NCBI GenBank assembly: GCA_012295275.1
Contig: CM022679.1
Coordinates: 4,650,001-4,714,000, forward strand
Length of the DNA stretch: 64,000 nt
Source: Chrysomallon squamiferum
Taxonomy: Eukaryota > Animalia > Mollusca
Reading direction: 5' to 3'
Made by a program: the position numbers and the translations under genes. Under the pieces are notes generated by a model. The model was not told the DNA's origin, ran no database searches, and saw only the letters and a program-made list of their open reading frames with translations. Positions 14,801 to 29,119 of this stretch are shown piece after piece; within the stretch, counting starts at the first letter, position 1; every line of letters begins with the position of its first letter.

Positions 14801-16814
14801 GTAAGAAAAATTTTCACCCGTGAGAATTGCTGATACAAAATTTATCTCATTATCATTAGCAAGACAGCAGTCAGTACTAGTCATTGTATTCAAAACAAAC
14901 ATGATAACTTTGTTTACATTATCTCCCATCGTGTCTGCACTTTCACACCAGTTTTTTTACATAATGCTCCATTGGTAATATATCATTTAGACTTTGACTA
15001 ATAGTATTTAAACATGATAAACATATTAAAGTTCATTTAGAACTACTAATTTTTTTTTGTTGTTTTTGTTTTTTGGTGGTGGGAGGAGATGGGGGGGATC
15101 TCAGATGTTTGTTTTGACTTAACTATCGGTGAAGTTCATGAGTAGACAAATTAATCATTCAAGACTGACATTTTACCAAGTTTGATGATGATGCATTGTG
15201 TACTCAGTGGATGTAATTACTCTCAGGCAAAAAAAAAGACTATTAAGAGAGTACTACACTTTAAAGTAGCACTCGGATAAATAAACACTTTGATACTGTG
15301 AATGTAGTTTGTTTGTTTAACCCCAAAGAAAAACAAAAACAAAAAAAATCAGCTATTGAGTGTCATTCAGAGGTAAACAAAACAATTATTTTTAAAAAGT
15401 CAGTGTAAATAGCTGAATTACAGGGTGTGTGTGTGTGTATTGGTTGTATTTGTATGTATGTGTATGTGTATATTGTAAAAGATATAAATACAGAGAAAAA
15501 TAAATACAATTATCATGCAATCTTTTTTAAAAAAACTTTATAACAAGCAGTGGCAGTTAAATAATTTAAACCAGGGTCTTGTCTCTAACTGGTTTTACAT
15601 CCAAACAGTCCACCAGAATGTGGTGTGGGTGTAACATTAAGCTGACAGCTAGGCCTACAAGTCAAACAATAAAGAATTTGATTTGATCAATAAAAATAAA
15701 ATGTTTTCTTATTTTCAAAGAGAGAAAAAAGAGCAGTATACAAAGCTGAGTATTAATGTTTCATTTTGAATTTGCAAAATAATTTTTTATTTTTTTTTTT
15801 TTTTTTTTTTTTTGTTTCACTTCAAATGTTTAAAAATTCATTTCGCAGAACCCTAATTTATTAAATTTTGTATAACTTTATAATTAGACAACAAACAGAC
15901 TGTGGTAGACCAAGGATTCATTTTCCAAATTTCCATATGATTAGTTTTTTTTCTCTTCTCTTAAACTTTTATTTTTACTATTATCTGAATTAAGATTTTA
16001 TTGATGTTTTATAATGATTCTGTTTTCTGCTGTTTCTCATATACATGTGTCACCTGGGTTGTTTTTCATGAAGTATTTTTTTTTTTTTTTTTATCATTTC
16101 TTATTTATTTATTTATTTATTTATTTATTTGGAAGGGTAGATTTCTTCTGAGTTATCTTACTGTTTGTTTGTGTTTTGAGATTTTTCTCTTTTTTCATTT
16201 AAACTGTGTGTTTGTGTGAGAGAAAGAAAGAGATCAATTGTCAACCAAATAGTATAAAACACCCCCACAAACAATAAATTAAATATATATATATATACAC
16301 ATACATATCACGTTTTTGTCATGCTTTATTATAGCAATAAAATTACTTGGAAGAATTTCTAAAACAGATTGAATCAGCTCCAAAGGCATTCTTTTCACCC
16401 TGACTGATTTATTACCTCACAGTGACTGACAGGAAATCGCAATTCCCGAGTATCCACAGTTCAAAGTTGTTTTATTCACAGCAGCAGTGTAAATCAGTGC
16501 AGTTATCTGCCTTTGTGGTTTCTGGAGAAATGTAATTCTTAGAACTGAGGTTTTGCTGACTCACTGCTATTCATAACATCGACGACAGGATCTCACCAGG
16601 AATTAAAAAGTTCAAAGTGTATTATTGCCTAAGACTGTGTTCAGATATGTTCAGATTTTAGAGATATAATTGTTATTGTGTGGATATTAGTAATTCATGT
16701 ATTACTGCTTAACTGGCTTAAACGTTTTTCATATGTAAATACTACCTAGTGTTTTGTTTTTTATGCAGTTTTATGATTTTTTTTAAAACTGTTATTTTGT
16801 TAGAAGGGGTCAGG

Positions 16815-16845
<31 letters not shown>

Positions 16846-16848
16846 TAA

Positions 16849-16879
<31 letters not shown>

Positions 16880-19154
16880 AATTATTATTATTATTATTAC
16901 TATAATTATTATTATTATTATTACTATAATTATTATTATTGTTGTTGTTGTTACTATTATTATTAATATTATCATCATCATTATTATTATTATATTTCGA
17001 CAGGAAATATTCAGATCTCATGGCTTGATGACACCTCTGCGTTTGTGTCCCTCTATAAAAAGGACAATGCTCAAGCAGGTATAAACATGTTAGCTAAATA
17101 TCTATTCAGATAATAATATAATTATAGATAACAACTCTTCTTTTACATACAGAAATTTGCATGAAGATAAAATAAAACAAAACTTATTGCCACTTATATT
17201 CACTAATTATGTAGATATATAGATAGATAGATAACTACTAGAATTTTAATTTCAGTTATAAAAAAGAAAAGAAACTAACACAAACATTTAAATGAACAAA
17301 AATAGAAATCTGAGTGTGAAGAAAAAATAAAGGAATAAAATCGAAATACGTAAAATTATTGTAATAATTTCACATTGATAGCAATTAACAAACAGATTTA
17401 CACATAAAGCATGTTTCTAAAATATTCTCAACAGTAATAAAGTTTGCAGAGAGTTACGAAACAGTTTTTTAAGATGTTCTGAACTAAGCGTTTGATACAT
17501 TTCAAATGCAGCTTTGAAAGGTTTGTCCGCTGGTAATTCTGTGTACAAAGTGATCACATATGATGCCTACAAGAAAGAGCAGACACCAAAAACGGAACCT
17601 CATCCAAGCAGAAAGAGACCTTCTGAAGACACCGATACAGAAGTGGCAAACAAGAAAAGGAAATCACTGAATGTAGAGTGTGTATATTTGAAATATAATC
17701 ACTGAATGTAGAGTATATTTGAAATATAATCACTGAGATGTTTTTCCAGTATTTTTAACATTAATTATTAAAGTAAAACTAGCTTGTAATATCAGCTGTA
17801 CGTTTTACCTAAACATAACTTGTCTCAGCTTTGAAAAAAGCAAATGCAAATCACGTATGACTTTTTGACTTTTCTTTGAGATGAAAATAGAAATAATAAT
17901 TGCTGCTTTTGCTTCTTCTTTTTTTGCATTTTCTGCCAACTCTTTCCAGTAAATATCTTCACTTCAGTTTACTAATTTGTTCTTCAGGTTAAAATGTTCT
18001 GTCACTACCTGTGTATTTCTGTAGGTTTTTTTGTGTCTTTTTTTTACCTTCACTTGTTCCTCTTCACCTCCCTCCCTATTTCAGCTTTGTTGCTCTTGGC
18101 TTTTTGGTTAGCTTAGTGTTTAGTTTTTCATGTTAACAGAGCTGCCCCATTTGTTTCAAGATTAACATCTACCACACCTGAAAATGTTAAGCAGCAAAAG
18201 AACGGCAGTAACAGCTCTGAACAAGTCGGTGACAAGAAAGCTCAGGGTGACTTCAATATTAAAGAAGGTAAAAATAAAACAAATAAAATGTGCAGTATTT
18301 ATTATGTGTAATATAGTTTAGTAGAAAGAAACAGCAGTTCACTGATAATAAAACGAATCTAAAAATGAAATTTTTCATTAAATATTAAATTTAAAAAAAA
18401 AAATTGATATTATCTACCATATTTATGTCTGTGTGTGTGTGTGTGTGTCTGTGTGATGTGTTTGTGTTTATAAAATCTGGCTTAGTGGAAACAAATACTA
18501 GCTCATTAAATCAAAAATGAAATCTTTTATTTAAGAGTAAATATTTTTTCAAAAGAAAAATTAATATTATGTGCAGAGCTTTATTTAGTTACCAGTTCAT
18601 TATATTTTTAATCATGCATCTGAGTACAACAGTTCACTGCTGTATAACGTCTGTATTGTCAATGACTAATAATAACAGGTCTGACCATTCAAACCCATCT
18701 GACTGGTTCATACATGAAATCTGTTTCTTAACATGTCTGTTCAGTAAATTCAGTAAAATTCCTGAACTTCTAAATTAAGAAATACAGTTTATCTGTTTAA
18801 CTTCAAACAATACACTCTTCTTAAACTTGTTCTTAGATTGTTGTTATTGTTTTATGTTTAAAATGTGGTCATGTTAAAAAATATACATAACTTTTAGTTC
18901 AATAACAACTGTCTTCTCTCAAATACATTAAAGGTGCAAACCAAAAATATAAATGAAATTTATTTTTAATATTTCTCTCTCATTCCCTCCCTCCCAGATA
19001 TTATTTCTGTAGATATTTATGGAGAGACTGGTAGATATAATATGGATGTGCAAATTCATTTAATTTTTTTTTTTTTTTTTTTTTTTCTTCTGCAGATGAT
19101 TCTAAAATGGACACCTGTGAAAAAACATTTGAAGAAGCTGCCAGCTGGGAGTGA
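4028..19154 (+). CDS. PARN: Poly(A)-specific ribonuclease PARN, 22 coding exons, 613 aa
   Basis: Exons 4028-4046, 5283-5360, 5699-5772, 6125-6192, 6906-6987, 7540-7600, 8427-8607, 9050-9154, 9631-9757, 10037-10093, 10497-10574, 11211-11254, 11628-11670, 12091-12166, 12574-12681, 13208-13277, 13713-13768, 14599-14685, 17004-17078, 17512-17677, 18140-18267, 19096-19154. All introns GT-AG; total 1842 nt, open. DEDDh motifs [37 protein letters not shown]; R3H-like region; RRM ([15 protein letters not shown]...[10 protein letters not shown]); C-terminal [14 protein letters not shown] at 19161 and 19241. Confidence 0.97.
12654..12866 (+). repeat. 31-bp tandem repeat x~7 copying the 3' end and splice donor of PARN exon 15
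   Basis: Unit TGTTTCATTTCCATGTCTAATTACCTAG|GTT at 12654, 12685, 12716, 12747, 12778, 12809, 12840 (degenerate). The first copy is coding (CFISMSNYL). Confidence 0.95.
17662..17736 (+). repeat. 31-35 bp tandem duplication across the PARN exon 20 donor
   Basis: AATCACTGAATGTAGA|GT(GTGT)ATATTTGAAATAT at 17662 and 17697, with a partial copy at 17728. Confidence 0.85.
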
Positions 19155-20645
19155 ATAAACAATAAACAAAAACTGTTAAAATATTTCATACTGGATGACA
19201 AGAGACATGTGTCTTAAACTAATACAACAAACTTTGGCATAATAAAACTCTATCACTATTTCATCATGTTTTATCTATAATTATTTTGTTATTTTTATAT
19301 ATATATTACTATTATTTTTTATTTTATTTTATTTTTTTTTTTTTTTTATTATTATTTTGTATTGTTTTGCTCTAACGTCAGTAATTTTTTGAGGAATGTG
19401 GATTTTCCCAAAGCAAAATCATCGTAAACAAGCAAATCATTTCCAAACATATCTTCCTTTCTGTTTCAGTATTGTGTCAAGTTTTTTTTTTTTAGTATTC
19501 TGAATCATAAAAGATAATCTTACTTATATCAGAAGTACACCGGTATTTAGTAAAAGTCAGATTTGCAACTGGTAAGTAAAACATTTCAATAAAAAAAAAA
19601 AAAAATTTATTAATTAATTATAGTAGTTTTTTTTATTTTAAAATAAAGAATCTCATACAAAATAAATATATTAAATTGTCAAATAGTAAAATTTAAAACA
19701 CTGTACTGTAATTAATTATCAGAATCAGAGGCTATATTTCAGAATAAAGAACAGTGTACATTAGTTACTTGTATGGCTTCAGGATTTTACGTATATGTAT
19801 TCTAGAATTATTCATTATTTCTTTTTTAATTTTCTTTTTTTTCTCTCCATTATTTTTTTTTTTTTTTTTTTTTTTTATACTGTGTTGTATAATTAAACTA
19901 TTTTTGTAAATCTTGTTATAAGTAATAACAGAATAAATCGCAATTTGAAACAATACAAATATCAAAAATCTAAAAAAAGTAAATAAACCTTATTGTTCAT
20001 GCTTTCTAAATTCACCCAATTCTAAAATTTTATTATTATTTTTATTTTATTTTTAAATATCTTTTATCTTTTATATACACATATTTATATATTTATCTTC
20101 AGTAATTTTGTATTATTATTATTATTTTATTTTTTTTATTGTTGTTTTGTTTTGTTTTGGGGTTTTTTTCCTAGCTATTTTTCTGTGCTCAGATTTCACC
20201 ATGTTAGTAATTTTTACACTGCAGGACTGTAAATTTGACACGTATAATGTCATGATCCTGTTACACTTCCAACAGCAGCTACTGTATCAAGTACCCTCAT
20301 GTTTTCTTAGCAGTATGTCAGTACATCGGTAAACATTTCAGTCAAATATTGATTAATATTCATTTCAGAAAGTCTTAATCAAAAACGGATCAGATTGCTT
20401 GTGATGTAATGTAAAGTATCTTTAAGTTTTTAAATCTTCATTTCAGCAAGTCTTAAACTAATACAGAACTGTTCAAATGACTTGTGCTGTGATATAAAAT
20501 ACTTCAGTGAAATCTTTGGATTCTGTTGCAGAATTAATTTAGGGTCGTTTTGGGGTTGTTTTTTTTCACAGATTTTTTTATTAGTAATACGGGGGTATGT
20601 AATTAAGAAACTGTTTATGATATTTCAAAGCATCCAAACGTAATT

Positions 20646-20680
<35 letters not shown>

Positions 20681-20754
20681 AAAATATTTTCTTGACATCA
20701 CTCAACTGTTTTTGTGATGAATCTTATTTTTGTTATTTACTATTTGTTTTCATT

Positions 20755-20805
<51 letters not shown>

Positions 20806-21541
20806 TTGTTTCTTAATAACCCTTTATTCAGTCAACTGATGTTCATCTCACTTAGCTCATTCAACAAATTACATCGTAAACAATTTGTGTCATACAGTAA
20901 AACAAACAATCGTAAAGCTATCGCTGGAAGAGGCTATTAATATCCTGTTTGAAATATTTGTAAACAGTTGGATGATAACGATAATATCAGTAATAAATCT
21001 TTACTGCAAGCTCTCATTTTTGTTTTTGACTTGTAAAAAGAATCTATGTAGCATCATGTGATACAGAATCAAATTTTACAGATGTATGGATGACAAAATG
21101 AAATGAAATTACGAATAAACCTAGTAAGTGTATATGTACCTCAGTTTGATTTCTCAGCATGCATTCATGTGTGTGTGTGTGTGTTCGTGTTGTGTGTAAA
21201 TGGTTCATTAATAAGACGAGATCGTTCAATCATTTAATTATCCATGGTGGTTGGATTATAGTGAATTCTAATCATTTTTATCTTTGCGTGTGTGTGTTTG
21301 TTTTTGTTTATTTATTTTGTGTTTTCATTTTTCGTTCAATTTTTTCTTTTTTAAAAAACAAAAAAATTATAAATTTATATTTATATTTATTTTTTATAAA
21401 TATATTGAAAACATTCTAAAATGTGAACATCCAAATTCTAAATTAAAACAGTTATTAGCAGTAATTGTTAACGTAAATACTTTACTTTATTCAAATACTT
21501 GTTTGAGAATTTTAATATTTTTAACATATTAGCTGTCACAA

Positions 21542-21582
<41 letters not shown>

Positions 21583-22480
21583 TGTTCAAAAGATCATTCA
21601 CAAAATAACAGAAATCAAGAGAATCAGCAGGTTCTTTCCATCCCAGACAAAAAAAATCTAAAACAGAAAAATCCAATTGCTGAGAACTTTGTCCCCCCGT
21701 CACTATAAGCTTTATACCCCGTTCATTTGTATAAGATAATCATAATACAAGGTTTTCTTTTTCTTTCAACAGCTTGTTGTTGAAACTAATAATTAATTTA
21801 CTTACTGTTGTTATTAAACGTGGCATACACTAGTCTTTGTGTAAATAAGAGAGGGTGGCTTAAAAGCTTTGTGAATAACAGAACGACAGAGAGAGATGAA
21901 CGAAAACGTTTAGTGATTTTGACTCTTAATTATCAAATTCATTCGAAACATATATATATATATATATATATTATTGTATACTGAGTGTTTTTTTGGGGTT
22001 TTTTTTTTTTTTCTCCCAAATAATGGCGCAATAAATCCAAAATTAAATTTCAGTAAATTCAATCTGCATTGAGCTGGTTTCACCTTGCTGTGGATCGACA
22101 AAAACGAACTTCATCATCATCATGATCTGAGATTTTAATTTTAATTTTTTTATTTTTTATTATTATTATTATTTTTTTAATAAATTCACTCTTCTCTAAC
22201 TATATGTTATAACTGTCCATGAGTGCTTTACTTAATAAAACACTCGTTCCTTCCTTTTTGTTCATAATGAAACTTATTTTTAGTTATTTTAGAAAAAGCC
22301 GATTCCGGAATCTGATGCTGGACAAAGTAAACTCTGCATACTCATTACTCGTTTCCAGAAATTTTTATTTTCAGTTTCTATACAAATAGCGATGTTTGTT
22401 ACTCATCCTTTTTCATACAAAATAAATAGAACAGTGTTAACTTGCTTAATTATGCGGATTATTATTATAATATTAATTAA

Positions 22481-22755
22481 AATAATAACAACAATAACTA
22501 ATAATAACTAGTTTTCTTTATTTTGAAATTTTTTTATAAGAAAATATAGGGAGAAAGAATTTTAAATAAACTGATTTAGCGACATTATAGATAGACAGAT
22601 GTTACTATATTAAACGATATTATTAAAATATTCTCAACTGTTTAATGGGTTAAAGGAAAACTATATTATTCAGTAAAATTTTGTACAGAAAAGCGCTTGT
22701 ATTTATAGGAAAAAAAAACACGTAAAAATGTACGTTTATATTATTTCTTTATTTC

Positions 22756-22822
<67 letters not shown>

Positions 22823-22846
22823 TACTACTACTATTACTAGTACTAC

Positions 22847-22891
<45 letters not shown>

Positions 22892-23520
22892 TACTACTAC
22901 TACTACTATTATTGTTATTATTTGCGGTTTTATTTTACTAATTTTATTTGTTTTAATATTTAATTTTTCATTTTTCATTTTATTATTTATGTATTTCTAT
23001 TATTTATAAAAATTACTAATTTAGAAGTTGAAAAATTCAGAATCACAATAATTTTCTTTTACTTTCACAGTTTAGTTGGAATGATTCATTTTATACAGAA
23101 TTTACCGCGCAGTTACGAAAAACAACTTTTATTTTCTATTTTCAGATGAAAATGAAAGCAAAATGTAGGAATTAACACTTTTACTTTTTAAACTAGTTTG
23201 TTTAAATTTATTATATTATATTATGTTATGTTATATAATAAAATAAAAAATAATAACAACAACAATAACTAATAATAACTAGTTTTATTTATTTCGAATA
23301 TAGGGAAAAAGAATTTTAAATAAACTGATTTAACGACATTATCGATAGATAGATGTTACTATATTGATCGATATTATTAAAATATTCTCAACTATTTAAT
23401 TGGTTAAAGGAAAAATATATTATTCTGCTGATTTGCCACAGTAAAATTTTGTATAAAAAAAGCGCTTTATAACGTACGTTTATATTATTTCTTTATTTCT
23501 TCTTCTTATTATTATTATTA

Positions 23521-23597
<77 letters not shown>

Positions 23598-24010
23598 CAT
23601 TATTATTATTAATATTTTTATTATTTTATTATTATTATCATCATCATTATCATGATCATCATTATTATTATTATTAATATTATTATTATTATTATTGTTA
23701 TTATCGCTATTATTGTTATTTGCAAGGGTTTTTTTTTTAAATTTATTTGTTTTAATATTTAATTTCTTTTATATCTTTTTTTATTTATGCATTTCTATTA
23801 TTTATAAAATTTACTAATTTAGAAGTTGAAAAATTCAGAATGACAATAATTTTCTTTTACTTTCACAGTTTCGTTGGAATGACTCATTTTATACAGAATT
23901 TACCGCGCAGTTACGAAAAACAAATTTTATTTTCTATTTTCAGATGAAAACGAAAGCAAAATGTAGGAATTTATACTTTTACTTTTTAAACTAGTTTGTT
24001 TAATTATATT
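22481..24010. repeat. Tandem direct duplication of ~750 bp with internal (ATT)n tracts
   Basis: 22481-23215 and 23251-24010 share long near-identical blocks, e.g. TTAGAAGTTGAAAAATTCAGAAT and CATTTTATACAGAATTTACCGCGCAGTTACGAAAAACAA. Confidence 0.9.
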
Positions 24011-25718
24011 ATATTATGTTATATTATATTATATCATATTATGTTATATTATATTATATTATATTATGTTATATTATATTATATCATATTATATTATATT
24101 ATATTGTATTATATATCATATATGTTATATTATATTATATTATATCATATTATATTATATTATATTTATTATATTATATATCATATATGTTATATTTTAT
24201 ATCATATTTATTATATTTTATTTATTTATTTATCTATCTATCTATCTATCTATCTTTTTTTTCATTGAAAACGTTTCTTCTATTTATTTTAATTTTTTAA
24301 AATATGTTGAATATTTTCCGAAATATGAACATCCAAATTCTAAATTATTATTAGCTGTTGTTGTTAATGTACATACTTCATTATGTTCAAATATATGTTT
24401 TGAGAATTTTAATATTTGTAATACATTAGTTGTCATACATTATTATTATTATATATATTATTATTATTGTTATTATTATTATTATTATTACTGCTGTTGT
24501 TGTTATTGTTATTTTTGTCGTTATTACCATTTTATTTTGTTGTTGTTGTTGTCACCATTATTATTGTTGTTTACTACTATCATCATCATCTTAATAATCA
24601 TTATTACCAGTAATAAATTAAAATTGTATTTAATGCTGTAAAAATGAAAACTATTTAATATTATTAAAAGTTAAAATTGAATTAAATTAAATTTTAAAAA
24701 ATCGGTTAAAAAAAAAATAATAAAAATTTCGTTAAATGAAACAAATATCAAAACTAATTAAACTATCGTTAACATCGGATTTCATTAAAGGAAATAAATA
24801 TCAATTTTATTAAAATAATATAAAAGTGTATATTAAAACAACAGTAATATAGTATTTTAATAAAATTAATATATATATATATATATATGTGTGTGTGGGT
24901 GTGTATTTGTGTGTGTGTTTTTTGAATGGTGTATCAGTATCATATTATTTTTCTTTTTTAAATCTACCCAGCTTATAATAACTGAAACAAAATTAATGGC
25001 GAAATAGTTTTTAGTGTTACAACAACCTGGGTGTATGGTTTTGTGCCACACTCAAACACAGTGACATGTAAACTGAGAAACAAAGCTGTCATTCATACTC
25101 TCTGCTCAAGCAGGTAACTGGGTATCTCATTTCCAAATGTTAACACGTCCCTCGCATTTTTTTGTTTCGTAATTATTTCTTTATTATTTCTTTATTTATT
25201 TCTTTATTTGTTTGTTTATTTATTTATTTCATCTTGGTATTTTAATCATATATATTAAATCAAGATAAAAAAAATAAATAAATGAAAATATTTTAAATGA
25301 ATTACACCCCCCACCCCACCCCACACATACACACACACACACGCTCGCGAATACAGACAATATGAGAGGGAATAATTAAGTAGCAAGGACGTAAAACTAT
25401 CAAAACAGTATTCAAAACTCCTGATAAATCGTAAATATCTTTTTTTTTTTAAATTTATATATAATTTAATTTTAATTTTATTTATTTATTTTTTTTTAAA
25501 ATTTATTATATATATTTTTTATATTGAAATATCAGCAACAAATGAATAGTAATACGATAAAATAATAATAATAATATAATAATAATAATAATATATATTT
25601 TTTTTATATATATATATATATTTATTTATTTATTATTATTATTATTATTATATCTATAATAATAATACTGATAATATATATTTTTTTAAAATTTATATAT
25701 ATATATATATATATTCAT

Positions 25719-25749
<31 letters not shown>

Positions 25750-27273
25750 TTATATCTTATTACTATTCATTTCTTGCAGTTGTTTCAATTAAAAATGTTA
25801 TTACTTATTTAAATACTTGGTGTTTCATTTTGTTAATGATCTGTCTGAACACGTTCGTTTTGCAGGTGCAACATTACAAATTAATCAAAACTATCAAATT
25901 CTATCATCAGGTATAGCTAAAATAATGTATTATTATTATTATTATATTTTATTTTATTATTATTTTTTTATATATATTTTTTTTTTTATCGTTCCATAAA
26001 TAAATATTTAATTGAATGAAGCAAAAAAATTAATTTTGGGAACTGTTTTACGAACAACAATCAACGTTTGAAAATAATAAATGCCTAATGCGCCAAAAAG
26101 TGTCATTTTTCAAATCGCTTTGTACTGGTTTAGAATGAAGATATCCAGATTTAACCACACGAAGTAAATTACAGCTCGGCGTTCCCTATCAAATTATTTC
26201 CTTTATTTCGATCTGCAGTTTCCCAGAAAACACGCCCATAGCTGATCTCCGGAGGTCTAGGACACGACCTCGTTTGGAGATTGGAAGGCGTCGCTATGTT
26301 GTGGGACTGGAAATGCATGTAAATGTCAATAAAATCTATCCTGTGATTCGAACTTAACAAAACAGCGTATCTTTGTAATTTTATTTATTTATTAGTATTA
26401 TCATTATTTTATTTTTAACGATATTTTTTATTTTGTATAATTTAATTAATTTATTTATTTATTTATTTTTTATTATTATTATTTATTTATTAGTAGTATT
26501 ATTATTTTATTTTTACCTTTATTTTTTATTTTGTATAATTTAATTAATTAATTTATTTATTTATTTTTATTATTATTATTATTATTATTAATTCTTCTTA
26601 TTATTATTATTATTATTATTATACTCTTGCTTTATTTAAATTCGTAAAATCAAGTGAAACTGGTTTATCAAGCATTTTTATAACGTACGCTTGATATTTG
26701 CTCGACTGAAAGCAAACCCTGACCCACATACATACGTACAAGCTAGTGATCTGCACGCGAAACACGGAAGTATTTCATGTTAAGTCGGTTTCTAGACGCT
26801 AAAAAACATTAAAACAAAAATTATACTCGTAAAATTTTGTTAATTACATATTTACGCCATACGAAAGAGATATTACAATAACAAAATGTGATGATTTAAA
26901 ATGACATTTTATCGTTTTTATCAGTTGTCCGAAAAGAAGGTCTAGTTTCATTTTGTTACGATAACCGCTTGATTTTAAATATCAGTTTTAAAACGCTCTT
27001 TGCAAAGCCTTGTGTCAGTATTATTTTAATTTAGCCTAAATAAAAAACAAAATTTAATATACTCATTGTATATCTTTCTTCAGCTTACCTTTCAAAATTT
27101 TTTAAATAATTGGAACAAACAAAATTCTTCTGGTCGATAAACTGAACCTGCATTATCTTTCGTTGAAACCGGTGTCTTCATAATCTTCGTCTTTTAAAAA
27201 AAAAGTATATACTAATAATAAAAAATAAACCAACAATAACAAGGAAGACTTATCCTTTTCTTTGAAGAAAACT

Positions 27274-27352
27274 CCACATTCATTTAGGATTTCTAGGGGC
27301 ATTATTTTTTTTAAACTTTAATGAATGCTACTAGAAATCCCAAACACTGTGG
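27274..27352 (-). ncRNA. mir-365: pre-miR-365 (Mir-193-P2) hairpin; mature 3p UAAUGCCCCUAGAAAUCCUAAA at 27283-27304
   Basis: Mature arm has the same seed as, and differs at about 3 positions from, vertebrate miR-365-3p (UAAUGCCCCUAAAAAUCCUUAU). The 5p arm UGGGAUUUCUAGUAGCAUUCAU (27321-27342) pairs with it, the basal stem is CCACA/UGUGG, and a CNNC motif (CUUC) begins 16 nt after the 3p end. Confidence 0.93.
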
Positions 27353-27681
27353 CATAGCGTCTTGCAAAGCCGTCTGCTCAGTCTCGCGTTTGTCACTGTT
27401 CCGCGAAAACGTAACAGCTTTCCGAGAAACTGTCAATGCGATCTCCGATGCAAGATTAAACTCGTTATCAATCCAGCGTTTGCTGTTTCGCGTGCTATTC
27501 AAGTGTGGCAACGAATACCTTAAACGTAATCATTACTCCTGTTATCTCGAACTAGAGTGTGCGTGAAATAAGCCGCTTCTTTATAGTGTCCTACCCTGGA
27601 TAACTGCCAGATCGTCAGTTCTATTTATAGAAATCTTGGAATTCCAGTTTTTCTTGAGAAACGATATTTTCTTAATTTTCT

Positions 27682-27757
<76 letters not shown>

Positions 27758-27930
27758 CTGTTTGACATACTTATTTATTTAGCTCAGTGGGTATGCAGAC
27801 GAAATAGTAGAATGAGTAGCGTTATCGTTATTTTTATTGTTCTGTTACTGTTAGTATTTTTGTTATTGTAGTTATGCTTATTCTGTTGTTCTGTTCTTAT
27901 TATTATTATTTTGGCTGTTATTATAGATAC

Positions 27931-27985
<55 letters not shown>

Positions 27986-28159
27986 CGTCATCTTTAGCAG
28001 TAGTAGGAGAAGTAATAAAAGTAGCAGTAACAGAAGTAGCAGTAGTAGCAATAGTAAGAGCAGTAGTGGTAGCAGTGGTAGCAATAGTAGCAGCAGCATC
28101 AGTAGTAGTAGTATAGTATAGTAGTAGTGTACTAGTATAGTAGTAGTATCAATAATAGT

Positions 28160-28415
28160 AGTAGTAGTGTATATTTAAAAAAATACTCTGTGGCGCTACA
28201 AATTAAAATATATTTTTAAATATATATATATGAGTGTGTGTGCATATATATATATTTAGAAATACATACATATATATACATACACCTAGTATTCGAAAAA
28301 TGCAGAGAGAGAGAGGCAGAAAGAGAGAATATTAAATAAGTAGATGAATATCAAATCATATTCTATCAAATTCAAAGCTGAATAATAAAAATAAAATTAA
28401 AATTAAAATTAAAAT

Positions 28416-28450
<35 letters not shown>
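28160..28450. repeat. Dispersed ~290-bp direct repeat, copy 1 (copy 2 at ~37865-38170)
   Basis: Shared GTGTATATTTAAAAAAATACTCTGTGGCGCTACAAATTAA...CACCTAGTATTCGAAAAATGCAGAGAG...TATCAAATCATATTCTATCAAATTCAAAGCT, both copies flanked by (GTA)n and (GAA)n. Confidence 0.9.
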
Positions 28451-28451
<1 letters not shown>

Positions 28452-29025
28452 GCAACACTAATAGATATCGGGTTATTTCCCAGCCTTTGCAGCCTCATAA
28501 CGGATTACATCAAACACGCGCTCTTTGTATCAGACACTGTCACAGTTCAAAGTTATGCGGATGTTTTAGACAAACGTCTGTTCATTTTTTACACTGAAGT
28601 TATAATGTCACGTGACCGACTCCGCGGCAACACTGACCCAACATGCGACGACACTGGCGACGTTACAGTGTGGTCCCAAATTCTTGGAAAAAATGTCACT
28701 TGATACGCTGCTGTACTTCACTGATGCGCTTGGTTGAAGGTGGGAGGTAAACTGATATTCTTGTTTTGTCCAAGATGTTCGCTTACCTCATGCAGATATT
28801 GTTATCACTATAGGATACACACGTACACAAAAGAAGAGGAAAAAAGAAATCAAAATGAAATAAATGACAATGTTCTTTTTCCGTTTTTTTCCGGTTTTTT
28901 TTTTTTTTTTTTTTCTGACTCAACGGTATCAAAATATAATAAAAATTCAAAAATTCTTATTTGTATTTCTTTGGTGTCTTTATTTTTTTTTTTTTTTTGT
29001 TACACCGTATAGGTCTCTGTTATCA

Positions 29026-29117
<92 letters not shown>

Positions 29118-29119
<2 letters not shown>

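Noticed and set aside
19155-21000. Feedback targeting of the PARN 3' UTR by miR-193 or miR-365
   Set aside because: I did not find seed matches (GGCCAGT, GGGCATT) by eye in the region after the PARN stop.
25866-26357. Possible plus-strand mini-gene: 45-nt AG/GT-bounded segment (ATLQINQNYQILSS) and a ~70-codon open frame (…KLQLGVPYQIISF…)
   Set aside because: No start codon or recognisable domain and a weak acceptor; cannot be supported without transcript data.
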